From Octopus sinensis (taxonomy: Eukaryota), in contig NC_043010.1 of NCBI RefSeq assembly GCF_006345805.1, positions 68,076,001 to 68,140,000 on the forward strand: a stretch of 64,000 bases of DNA, read 5' to 3'. Both the position numbers and the translations under genes were made by a program. This document shows, one piece after another, positions 12,668 to 24,605 of this stretch; position 1 is the first letter of the stretch; the number at the start of each line of letters is the position of its first letter. A model generated the notes under the pieces. It did no database searches. It saw nothing but the letters and a program-made list of their open reading frames with translations, and was not told the DNA's origin.

Positions 12668-13060
12668 CTTTTTACTCTTTTATTTGTTTCAGTCATTTGA
12701 CTGCGGCCATGCTGGAGCACTGCCTTTAGTCGAGCAAATCGACCCCGGGACTTATTCTTTGTAAGCCTAGTACTTATTCTATCGGTCTCTTTTGCCAAAC
12801 CACTAAGTGACGGGGACGTAAACACACCAGCATCGGTTGTCAAGTAATGTTGGGGAGACAAATACAGACGCACACGCACATGCACACACATATATACTAC
12901 AGGCTTCTTTCAGTTTCCATCTACCAAATCCACTCACAAGGCTTTGGTTGGCCCGAGGCTATACTAGAAGACACTTACCCAAGGTGCCACACTGTGGGAT
13001 TGAACCCGGAACCATGTGGTTGGTAAGCAAGCTACTTACCACACAGCCTCTCCTACACCT
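12668..13060 (-). mobile_element. tRNA-derived SINE family A, full length
   Basis: Colinear with the 55270-55691 copy. Confidence 0.85.
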
Positions 13061-13530
13061 CATGTTAGATAATTTTTTTTTCCATAGATATATGGACAGA
13101 TGCTGGTGGAGTTTCACATGCAGAACAAAACACAATAAAATGCATAATATATAATTTAGTTAATACATGTATAATGCATCTCTGAAATTAGGCAGAGCAT
13201 TTATTGTAGAAAATAACATAGTGTAGAATAACAAGTAAATCATGGGCTACACTATATTGTACATATTAAAAATAATCAAACCTGTATAATACATGAGGAG
13301 TAATAAATATAATTTTCTTTTGTTTTTCATTGTTATTATTGGCATTTTTATTTTCATCCTCATACTCTCAATAATAACTTTCATCATATACATTTCTCAA
13401 CAATACCCCCAATTGGAACAAAAGAATATTCATTTATACAAACTGAAATGTTATGAAGTTTATTAAAATGCTGTCATTATTGCTAGCTCAGATATTCTAG
13501 TTACATACATATATAATGCAAAAAACATAT

Positions 13531-13739
13531 ATTCTTTTACTCTTTTACTTGTTTCAGTCATTTGACTGCGGCCATGCTGGAGCACCGCCTTTTAGTCGAG
13601 CATATCGACCCCAGGACTTATTCTTTGTAAGCCTAGTACTTATTCTGTTGGTCTCTTTTACCGAACTGCTAAGTTACAGGGACATAAACACACCAGCATC
13701 GGTTGTCAAGTGATGTTGGGGAGACCAAACACAGACGCA

Positions 13740-13792
<53 letters not shown>

Positions 13793-13929
13793 TCATATAT
13801 ACGACAGGCTTCATTCAGTTTCCGTCTACCAAATCCACTCACAAGGTTTTTGGTCAGCCTAAGGTTATAGAAGACACTTACCCAAGGTGCCACACAGTGG
13901 GACGGAACCCGGAACCATGTGGTTCGTAA

Positions 13930-13932
<3 letters not shown>
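13531..13932 (-). mobile_element. tRNA-derived SINE family A, head truncated
   Basis: Family A body with central (CA)n; stops in a (TA)n run. Confidence 0.85.
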
Positions 13933-13977
<45 letters not shown>

Positions 13978-13999
13978 CAAAAAAAAAAAAAAGAACCTG

Positions 14000-14118
14000 C
14001 AAGCTGCAATATTCAATGAAATAGAAATAAAATTTACAATCTATTCTTTCTGTGCTGCCTGGTACCAAATGGTTCATGGTCTGGTACTGGCCTGCTGCCC
14101 AGTGTTTGGGGTCCCCTG
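14000..14118 (+). mobile_element. hAT/Charlie-like non-autonomous element, 3' part
   Basis: Ends GTTTGGGGTCCCCTG, the complement of the CAG(G/T)GGTCCCCAACC hAT-type terminus seen at 12616-12630. Confidence 0.45.
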
Positions 14119-15377
14119 CTCTTGACCACATCCAAACAAACACTAGTTGACTAACTGCCATGAAGTCATTCAGCAACCCTTCAAAACCTGTGATCTACAG
14201 AAGTGCTGTGTCCGCTCATTGCTTATGTACTGTTACTACGGTAGCCTCTGCTCCTCAGAACTGGATGTTGTAGTACTTCCACTAAATCATTCCTGATCTC
14301 TCACTCTCTTTCTCTTACCTGTCCCATTCACAGTCCCTCATCCCCAAATTTTCCCTTCCTTTACCCCTCTCTTTCTCCTCCCATTTCTCAATCCTTAGTC
14401 CCTAGAATGTTTGCCCTATAAAAAAAATTTTCCCTGCTACCCCCTCTCTCTTCGTGCCTATCCCTTCGTTGCCAGGATGTCTGCAATCCCCACCTTGAAA
14501 TATTTTCCCTGCCCCTGATTTGTTTCCCTGTAGCTGTCAACTTGCAACTAATATAGGGGACCATAAATCACATTACTAGGATTTTTGGGTGGGGGTCTGA
14601 GATCATGGGCATAACTCCTTCCGATCACACACACACACTAAAATAAAGTGTTTTTGTGTGTGCTGTGTCAACAGTTTATTATGTATATGCACTCCTATCT
14701 AATTGTCTTGCTCTGTTTTAATTAATTACTCGTTTATTGCATGCTATGGATAATTTTGTGAAAAATGTGTGTTTGTGTGCGTGCGTGTATATCTATATAT
14801 ACATACATACATACATGTATCTATGTATGTATATATATGTGTATATATGTTTGATTCCAGCAATGTAGTTTATGAATTACATGTATTGTTTTATATTTTC
14901 ATGTTGTTTGCATTTATTTGTGTTCACAACATATGCACACACACACACACACTGGTCATGTATGTGTATATATAAAAAAAAGTAAAGGCTTGCACCTAGA
15001 AAATTCCCAAAGTTCCCCTCCAAGGCACAAATCCAGACAAGATTGTTTGTGGAAGACCAGCAGTCACCCATGCATATCAGCCTCCCCTCTCCACACCACC
15101 AGTGTTGTCCAAGAGAAAGGCAAAGGGCCCCACCCCCTATACAGCTTGGCACCAGTGACATCGTAACTCATTTCTATTGCTGAGTGAACTGGACAATATG
15201 AAAGTTTGTCCAAGAACACAACACACAGCCTAGTCCTGGAATTGAACTCACAATCTCATGTTCGTAAGCTTGATGCTCCAACCACTGAGCCATGTGCTTT
15301 CAGATGTATGTATGTATGCATACATGTGTTTATATATATACTTGATGCCAGCAATGTGGTGTGTGTATAAATGTGTA

Positions 15378-15411
<34 letters not shown>

Positions 15412-15472
15412 AGCAAAGTAGCTAGTTCTAAAATCTCAACAAGTGATGAGAGTAATAACTATACTGAGAAGT

Positions 15473-15613
15473 AAAGCTAATCGCCACATCAATGTGGCTG
15501 TATCATGTTATTACTAGTTTAACCCCAGGCAGATCTTCTGCCAGCTGGCAGAAGAGCTGCCTGGGGTTAAACTAGTAACATGGTACAACCACATTGATGT
15601 GGCAATTAACTTT
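15473..15613. repeat. Loop-less ~131-141-bp palindrome with nested internal hairpins
   Basis: Arms 15478-15544 and 15545-15608 are reverse complements with 4 mismatches and one 3-nt indel; centre CCAG|CTGG. Confidence 0.95.
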
Positions 15614-15640
15614 TCTTATATATATATATATATATATAAA

Positions 15641-16046
15641 GAGTGGCTGTGTGGTAAGTAGCTTGCTTACCAACCACATGGTTCTGGGTTCAATCCTACT
15701 GCATGGTACCTTGGGCAAGTGTCTTCTACTATAGCCTCGGGCTGACCAAGGCCTTGTGAATGGATTTGATAGACGGAAACTGAAAGAAGCCCATTTGTAT
15801 ATATGTATATGTATATATATGTGTTTGTGTGTCCGTGTTTGTTCCCCCCCCCCCAACATCCTTGACAACCGATGCTGGTGTGTTTATGTCCCTGTAACTT
15901 AGTGGCTCGGCAAAAGAGGCCAATAGAATAAGTACTAGGCTTACAAAGAATAAGTCCTGGGGTCGATTTGCTTGACTAAAGGCGGTGCTCCAGCATGGCT
16001 GCAGTCAAATGACTGAAACAAGTAAAATAGTAAAGAGTAAGAAAGA

Positions 16047-16047
<1 letters not shown>
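15641..16047 (+). mobile_element. tRNA-derived SINE family A, full length
   Basis: GAGTGGCTGTGTGGTAAGTAGC head through CAGTCAAATGACTGAAACAAGTAAAA tail. Confidence 0.85.
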
Positions 16048-16090
<43 letters not shown>

Positions 16091-16537
16091 CAATCAATTT
16101 GTTGACCATGCTAGCATGAGCTGGATGGTTTGACCAGAACTGGCAGGCTGGGGAGCTAGATGCATCAGACTCCAATCTGATTTGGCCTGGTTTCTCTTGT
16201 TGGATGCCCTTTCTAACACCAACCACTTCTCAGAGTGAGGATTATAACATGCCTTGTGTTGGGGAAGTGCTCCTTTTACATTGGACTGAAATATCTCCAA
16301 TCAACCTCTGATTATTTGAATACTGTACTGACAAGGCAATTTGCTTTTTACTTATCTCCTCAATTATTTTATATATGTGGGTGTATGGGAGAGAAAGAGT
16401 GCGTGTGTGAATGGATATATATATTGTGACTAAACTTTAATTGGATATAAATGGAAGATAACATACCATGATGTTTACATAACACACTTCCTTGTTTTTG
16501 TTTGACAAAGCATGGTATATTTCTCTTTTTAACGTAG

Positions 16538-16618
16538 GAAACGAAAAGGCACACTGCTTGTGCCTTTAACTGCCCACCACAATTTCTTGGAGACCTCTAG
16601 CTTTTTGAATGTGGCCAG
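16538..16618 (+). CDS. Candidate internal exon (81 nt)
   Basis: TTCTCTTTTTAACGTAG acceptor and CAG|GTACTT donor; only one frame is open across the whole exon (KRKGTLLVPLTAHHNFLETSSFLNVA). Confidence 0.3.
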
Positions 16619-16688
16619 GTACTTAGTTGTTTTTGCTGTTTAGGAAACACTGTAAACCTCTGGCAGGGATGTACTGTATTTTCCGGAG

Positions 16689-16890
16689 GCACCCTGTGCC
16701 GGTGGCACGTAAAAAGCGCGCACTACACTCATGGAGTGGTTGGCGTTAGGAAGGGCATCCAGCTGTAGAAACATTGCCAGATTAGACTGGGCCTGGTGCA
16801 GCCTTCTGGCTTCCCAGACCCCAGTTGCACCATCCAGCCCATGCCAGCATGGAGAGCGGACACTAAACGATGATGATGATGATGATGATG
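16689..16890 (+). mobile_element. SINE-like family B with (GAT)n tail
   Basis: GTGCCGGTGGCACGTAAAAAGC...GGAAGGGCATCCAGCTGTAGAAAC...CCATGCCAGCATGG...AAACGATGATGAT, shared with more than 10 other copies. Confidence 0.8.
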
Positions 16891-18019
16891 ACATCAATGT
16901 GGTGTGAACACTCAAACGTTGTCACTGTCTTTCCAAATCCTGCTGCATTTTATGTGGCAACATTGGTCCTCCAAAGTCTTGGTGTATAAGTCAGCCTAAC
17001 TTTTTGGCTGTAAATTCTAACCTTCATGCAAGATTAACTTGCCTGAAAGATAGAAATATCTCAAGTTAGACAAGAAAAAAAGCAGCTGTACAGTGAAAGT
17101 ATTTGACCAATATAGGCAAAAGAGACAAATATCACAGCAGTGGTATGAGTTGATGGTAGAACTGGATAATGAATGCTAAGTACAAAAGTATCATGTAATG
17201 ACTATGGAAGAAACTTGCTTCATGAAAGATTAAAGAATAACATATGAAGAAATCAAGGAATGAAATCTGACAATGGTGGACCTTAGAAAAGATGTACTGT
17301 AATATATTCCATCCAGTATTAGTATGTCAGAAGATTGGTATTTTCCATGGCAAGGAGAATATGGTTTTGATTATCAGATTTCATCAGGTTGGCCAAGTTT
17401 GTGCAGTAGGTCCAGGACATCAGCAAAAACTCTTGTGGGGTTGATAAGGGCTGTTGCCAACCAGCTCAGTATGATGGGGTCTGCTGTCAGAAGAATGGTG
17501 GATGGGAAGATCAAGAACAAGTCCTCTACAATGGAGAGAAGGTTTGTCTATATCCAGAAAGACCCTCAAGAACCATGTTATCGTGTGTGAGTTCATGTTA
17601 TTGTGTCTCCTCTTGTGACACTTTTGATTGAAGGCCCCCGCTCCATCTGGATTGTCGTGGGTGTGGGACAACAGTTGGCGGCACCGCAATGCCAAGTACT
17701 TATTGAAGGCTAGCTACCCTGGTGCATATGGTTGAGTGGTAGGGATTGAAAGGCAACACCAGATCCTCGCATGTAATCGATTCAGTGGCTGCATTCAGGC
17801 TATTAATGGGGCCCCGAGAGCAATTTTGTTGACTGACCTGTTCCTCTGCTTTGATGTACTCAGTTGGAGTGTGTGGGGTCTTTGTGTGTGTGTGGTTTCC
17901 TGGGAGGATATATATTTTTTTCAGCTGATTTTCTTTGTTTTGTTTAGTTCTCATTTCCCTGGCACACCCTACATGTATATGCACATGCACACACAGACAC
18001 ACAGACACACACACACGCA

Positions 18020-18750
18020 TGTGTGTATGCTTGTCTGTATATATGTGTAATGTATATGTGTGTGTATATATGTAGATCTATTTGTATGTGTGTTGTATAT
18101 ATATATGATGTAATAATTAATGTCCTGCCTATTTCCTACCTCTTTCTTGTCTGTATGTCTGTCTGTCTGTCTGTATGTATCTCTCTGTGTATATGTATAT
18201 ATATATGTATTAATTTATGTGTATGTATGTATGTATGTATTAATATATGTATATATGTATGTATATAGTGTGTATGTATGTATGTGGTGTATGGTATTTA
18301 TAATATATGTATGTATTATGTATTATGTATGTATGTATATTATATATGTATGTATATGTATGTATATATGTATGTATATGTATGTAATGTATGTATATAT
18401 TGTATATATGTATGTGTATGTATATATGTGTATCGTATGTATGGTATGTAATGTATGTATATAATATGTATGTATAGTGTATAATATGTATGTATATATT
18501 ATGTATATATGTATGTATATGTATTATGTATATATATATATGTATATATATATGTATGTATATATACTTTATATATATATATATATGCATGTAATATGTG
18601 TATGTATGTGTATATATATATATATCTATATATATATATATGTATATATATCATGTATATGTGTAGTATGTGTATATATATATATATATAATATATTATA
18701 TATATGTGTGTATGTATGTATATGTCTGTGTGTGCATACATGCTGTGTGT
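18020..18750. repeat. Degenerate (TA)n/(TATG)n low-complexity tract
   Basis: Direct inspection. Confidence 0.9.
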
Positions 18751-19319
18751 GTGTATACATACAGGCACCAACTTCCATGAGTGAAGTCTTACAAACGTAC
18801 AGATTGTCATGCGTTTGTGCTTATGCTTGTATGCTCATGCGTGCGTGTCTTTGTATAGATTTGTGATGTAATAAGCATGTTGCTTGTGAATTGAGATCAA
18901 GGTTTGGTATTTCACTGCCAGCTGGAACCCTGTTTATCACTTTCACCATTAATACCCTTGGGGAAAGGCGTGAACACTGCAGATTCTCTAAAAATATACT
19001 CCACCTTCTTATATGAAGTTAAAAACTTCATGCTCTATCTAAGCAATCTTGTATATTATGTATGCTTGTGAAGGGTTTCGTGTGATTCTACAAGAATATG
19101 ATACATAATATATTTATCATATATTTATATATATATATATATATGCATGTATTATGTAAATATATATGTATGTATATATTTATCATATATTTATATATAT
19201 ACATATATATACGTATGCATGTATTATGTAAATATGTATGTATGTGTGTGTTTATAAATATATATATATACACACACTTATATATGTATGCATATATTAT
19301 GTAACTATATATGTATGTA

Positions 19320-19352
<33 letters not shown>

Positions 19353-19915
19353 ATGTATGTATGTATGTATGTATGTATGTATGTATGTATGTATGTATAA
19401 CATGGGTGGCTAGAACCGGTATTGCTAGAAATAAGAGTCAAAACAACTCAGCAGTCAACAAAAGCACTATCTGCATGAGCTGACAAATGAATTAAGCTCC
19501 CTATGGTTGTAGATACAGGCAGATCATCGATGATTTCGCATTCTGATGCTTGATGCATCTTAACACTCATCAGTGGCTCTCACTGTGCCTATCATCATCA
19601 TCATAGCGTGGAAAGAGGACGTTAAATGATGATGTTGTTGATGATGATGATATGTGTGTGTGTGTGTGTGTGATCTGTATATTATGTAAGCAACCTGATC
19701 TTTGTAGGTATAAAATGATGCCACCAAACACATTCTGAAGTGCTGAAGTGTGTGTGTGTGAAGTGCTGACACACTTGAGTTATATCAACCAGTGTTGAGT
19801 GTTACATATGACCTCCATTTCATGTCAAGGCTTATGTTAACAATGGTAATGATGATGATGATGATGATGGTGGTGGTTGTTATAGTAATGTCGGTTTGTC
19901 AATTATTTTCTTGAG

Positions 19916-20030
19916 ATTCTGGAGGAAATACTTATTGTTTTTGATGGTAAAGAGTTCTTCAGGAAGAAACCTAGAGAACTATGGTCACATCATTCTATTT
20001 TTGATTCATGACCTCATGGCACCTCTTGAA
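19916..20030 (+). CDS. Candidate internal exon
   Basis: Open frame FWRKYLLFLMVKSSSGRNLENYGHIILFLIHDLMAPLE ending at GAA|GTAAGG; phase 2 start fits the 16538-16618 candidate. Acceptor uncertain. Confidence 0.25.
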
Positions 20031-20258
20031 GTAAGGATTTCTTTCATCTTGGGGCTGCTCCTACTTCTTAGTTAACGTCTGTCTGTCTGTCTCAGTCTTT
20101 TACTCTCTCTATCTTTCACTGTATCTATGTTTATTTTGTCTCTGTCCACCCTGGCTTGGAGATAAACAGAGTTAGATACTAGTGTTCACTCACCAAACCA
20201 TGGTACATGCTGGTGTCTACTACGAAATTGTGGTGATTCATACTAATGATTTCAATTA

Positions 20259-20781
20259 CAGTAAATCTTCAAGTATAATCCGCACTTTTTTCCCAAAATT
20301 TAAAAGTCAAAATCCCTAATGTGTACTATATACGAGGTTAAAAATGAAAAATATTTTCTAAACAAAGTCTGAGTCTCTATTTGCTGTCAGGCAATGTTTA
20401 TTCAGACGCATTTTGTGATGTCGGGTGCAAAAATACCTTAAGCTAAGCCTGAAAGCAATGAAGGCATAAAAGAATCATCTATAACTTGCAGTAAGCAACA
20501 TTTATTAAAATAAAAGTATTCAGAACACAGAATAACATGTAACAAAAACAATTTGCAAACATATTTACATTCGCATATAACAGTTAAGAACATCACCATT
20601 ATTGTATTACGCATGGGCGGAAGTGTTTGTTTGACTAGGTGCTGCTGGCTTAATTACGCACAACTGAAGTTAGAGAAGGAGTGCGTATTATACACAAGGT
20701 TTAGGGATTTTCACAGGTACAACCCCCTAAAAATCCCCTGCGTATTATACTCAAGGGTGGACTATACTCAAGGATTTACGG
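20259..20781. mobile_element. Tc1/mariner-superfamily (pogo/Tc2-like) non-autonomous DNA transposon, 523 bp
   Basis: TA|CAGTAAATCTTCAAGTATAATCC at the left and GGACTATACTCAAGGATTTACGG|TA at the right: ~24-bp imperfect TIRs with TA flanks. Confidence 0.75.
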
Positions 20782-21218
20782 TAGTTAAATTTTTTGGCTA
20801 AGCAGTGGTGGGGGACAAAGACACACACACACACACTCTCTATGGGTTTATTTCAGGTTTCCATCTACCAAATTGACCCACAAGGCTTTGGTTGACCTGA
20901 GGCTATAGTAGAAAACATTTGACCAAGATGCCACAAAGTGGGGCTGAACCCAGAGCCATATGGTTGGGAAGTAATCTAACCACCTATAGTGAACTGAATT
21001 TTGAATATTACTGGTATTTATTTTATTCACCTTGACTGGAAATGAAACACTTCTGATTCAAAAATAAATGAATTCAGAACAAATGAAGTCCTGACTAGAT
21101 ACTACTATGATATGATATTTAATCTACTACCCTGCTGGTTTGCCACACTCATTGACCTTTCATTATACTTTGTATTTGGTTTACATTTCAAACCTGTTTG
21201 GATGAAATGAGGTTTGTA

Positions 21219-21441
21219 TTTAGCATTTAAACTGGCCATATTCGGCCCATGTATTCCACTCGTTTTATACTTAAATTTGCCAGACTTGGTATCTCACACA
21301 TACCCTGCAATGTCATTTTAAAAATGAAATAATCTCATCATTAAAATTGTGAAGCTATGAGGTAACGCATGATTAAGCCAAAGCAATGTGAATAAATAAG
21401 CTTTATATTTGACAGAGGAATCTGAAATGTGAAAGGGTTAA
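21219..21441 (-). mobile_element. piggyBac-like MITE family (other copies at 190-389, 32078-32278, 33814-34374, 34385-34508)
   Basis: Shared body GAACATAAAACAGGTAGAATATTTGGGCC and CCCTTTAGC/AAAGGG|TTAA ends, partly decayed. Confidence 0.6.
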
Positions 21442-23243
21442 ACTAACAACAGTACAGACCACTGAGCCATTTGGCAAGGTGCCAGCATGGTTGGGCATAA
21501 GCATTGTTGTATGACCAAGAAGTTTGCTTCACAGTTGCATGGTTTGTGTTCAGTCTAACCCTAACACAAACCTTAACCCTATCCCCCTCATATATATAAA
21601 AAAAGCACTTTCTTGAAATGTATCTGGTACTTCTGGTACTTATACCGAAGTTACGCCGAAAAAAAAATCTCTCTCTGATTATGTTTTGACATTACATAAT
21701 GTCATTCATTTCCAATATTCTGCGAAAACATCTGACCATCATGGGAGGAAATATTACCTTGCTTGGAAACGGGGAAAGGTTGGCAAAAAGGAGATCCTCC
21801 AGCCATAAAGATTCTGCTGCAATAGACCCTGTCTAATCTGTACAAGCCTGGAAAAGTGGATGTTAAAATAATGATGAGCTTTTTTTTTTGTTTTTTAAAG
21901 CTCATGTAGTTCTCTGTTGTTGGCTTGTGTCCAAATCATGCAAGTACTTAAGACAATGAGTGCTTGTTTAGAGATGAAATTTGACTGCTGTATTTAGTGA
22001 CCTGATTGACTCACATCCTCAATTCATGTCCTTGGAGGTCAAGAGAATGTAATGTGATCCTAATAATTAGTATAATGGGGGGAAAACTAAGGCCAGTCTA
22101 TTGTGTAGTCTGGATATTTGATTGAAAAACTGCTCTGACTGTAAATCAATCCATAGACCTCTTTGGCTGTCCACAGAATGAATGTTTGAAAGTCACTGTG
22201 ATTTCAGATTGGTCTTAATTCTTAAATTCTCTCTTTGCATTATTCTTATACAAAGTTTAGTGCCTCAGGAAATGTAGTGCTAGTTTCGGTTGGTGATGTC
22301 AACCTCTTTTATATTTTAACTCTTCGAGGACAAAATTTGCTGATTGTTTTCCATTCAAGAAACCAGGACTGTTTTGGCGTGATGCCGAAAAGCTCCCCAA
22401 CCATATGGTTCCAGGTTCAGTCCCACTACATGACACCTTGGGCGGGCAAGTGTCTTCTACTATACTCTTGGGCTGACCAAATCCCTGTGAATTGATTTGG
22501 TTGACACAACTGAAAGAAACCCATCATGATTCTGGGTATTAATCTCACTGTGGCACCTTGGGCTGACCAAAGCTTTGTGAGTGGATTTAGTAGATGGAAA
22601 CTGAAAGAAGCCCATTGTGTATGTGTGTGCGTGTATATATATATATATGTATATATTTATGTCTTTGTATTTGTCCCCCACCATCACTTGACAACTGATG
22701 CTGGTTTATTTCCATCCCTGTCACCTAGTGGTTCAGCAAAAGAGACTGATAAAATAAATGCCAGGATTACAGATGAATAAAGTCCTGGGGTTGATTTCTT
22801 TGACTAATAAACCCTATAACACTGTGCTTCAGCATGGCTGCAGTCAAATAACTGAAACAAATAAAAGAATATATACTGGTTCCAGGTTCAGTCCCACTGT
22901 GTGGCATCTTGGGCAAGTGTCTTCTACTCTAGCCCTGAGCCGACTAATCGGTTGTAAGTGGATTTGGTCGGTGGAGACTGTATGTGCAAACATGACAGAT
23001 GGATTGTACCTGTAATACAAACGGGTCAGCCTTGTCTTACACCGTGTCATACTGATTCTGCCTGAGGATTACTTTCAGTTCAAGCATCCATGAAATATCT
23101 CTGCTACTTGCAAGGGTCCAGTTGATTGAACAACTGGGATACTCTTGAAACTGATAGAGGTCTGTTTTCTTTATTAGAAAAAAAAAATTTTTTTTTTTTG
23201 CACTTGTATGTCTGTGTGTCACCAGCAACTTGAGAAACTGCAG

Positions 23244-23291
<48 letters not shown>

Positions 23292-24521
23292 TGGGAGGAA
23301 TAAAATTTCATTGAGCTAAGCTTTTTGAAAAGACAAATGGATTGTGTGTACTGATGTGTGTGTGTGTGTGTGTACGTGTACCCCCCCCCACACACACACA
23401 GATGGAGGAGGCTGGGAAAGTTTCCTTAATAAATTGAAAACATTTTAATGAGATTTCCAGTTCCATTGCTCTTAGGGTTACGATGAGGACTGTGATGGTG
23501 ATGATATTAATGGCAATGGTGGTGGTGATTGTGATATTGCCGTTGGTTGTTGATGATGATGATGATGATGATGAAAGTGTATGTGTGCTTTAGTTGCAGG
23601 TCATCCCTAATCGAGCCGACATACAATCAAAAGCATTCCACTCATGACCATCCCACCGTTTCCCAATGCATTCGGTACCCAGAATCTTGCTATCCAATAT
23701 GTCTTTCTCTAAGATAGTAGTGTATGATTTGAGGGATTTCAGCTGCTGTTTCTAGCAGTCTAAAGGACTTTGTTGGCGCTTAGCAATGCTGTCACTGTAG
23801 TTCTAAGTCGCTGCTGATAAAAGCAAACCTCTGATCGAAGGCATTCCTCCCATGCCCATCATATCTTTATGTAAGTGCAGGGTACTTGGCCCTTTATTCC
23901 ACCCTTTGTTTGACGGCCCGCAGGATGTTAATAGTAGTGTTTGATTTAAGGGATTTAACTATTATTTCTAGCAGTGTTGTTCTTATTGTTGTTTAGCCTG
24001 AAATCAGTACTGATCAGCAGACTTGATCAAAGGCATTCCAGCCAGGACCATCCTGTCTTTTTATTTATGCAGGAATCCTGATCCTTCATCTCACCCATAT
24101 TTTGGTATATTTGAGAGGTTTAGGTTGCTATTTCTAGCAAGTTGAGTGACCACATTGTTACTTGTTGGCTTGTGATGATGAGTGGTGATTGATGATGAAG
24201 GCCATGATTGATGATGGTGGCAGTGAAGGTGGTAGTGATGATGGTGGTAGTCTTGGTGGTAGTTGAGACAGCACTAGTAATAGTATCACTTGTCCAAAAG
24301 TGGAGAAGGCAAGGAGTTCCATACCCTACACACATGCATGTATGCACACATACACACAAGCACATGTGCATGTGCACACATGTACATGTACTGTTCTGCA
24401 CACACGTGCGCATTCACATACACATGTGTACAGACACACATGCACACGTGAATACACACACACGCCTTCCAACCTCAAATTAGATTTGGGTTATCTCCAT
24501 GTTTGTGTAGCAGCTGTGTTT

Positions 24522-24605
24522 GTGAGGTGTGAGTGGAGTGAAGGTGTGGTGAGGTGTGAGTGGAGTGAAGGTGTGGTGAGGTGTGAGTGGAGTGAAGGTG
24601 TGGTG
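24522..24605. repeat. 27-bp minisatellite x3
   Basis: GTGAGGTGTGAGTGGAGTGAAGGTGTG repeated three times. Confidence 0.9.

Noticed and set aside
12616-14118. hAT-like left end at 12616 and right end at 14118 as one large element
   Set aside because: The flanking 8-mers (CCTAAGAT versus CTCTTGAC) do not form a target-site duplication.
21555-21590. Telomere-like CCCTAA motifs
   Set aside because: Only two or three degenerate units; more likely internal to a small repeat.
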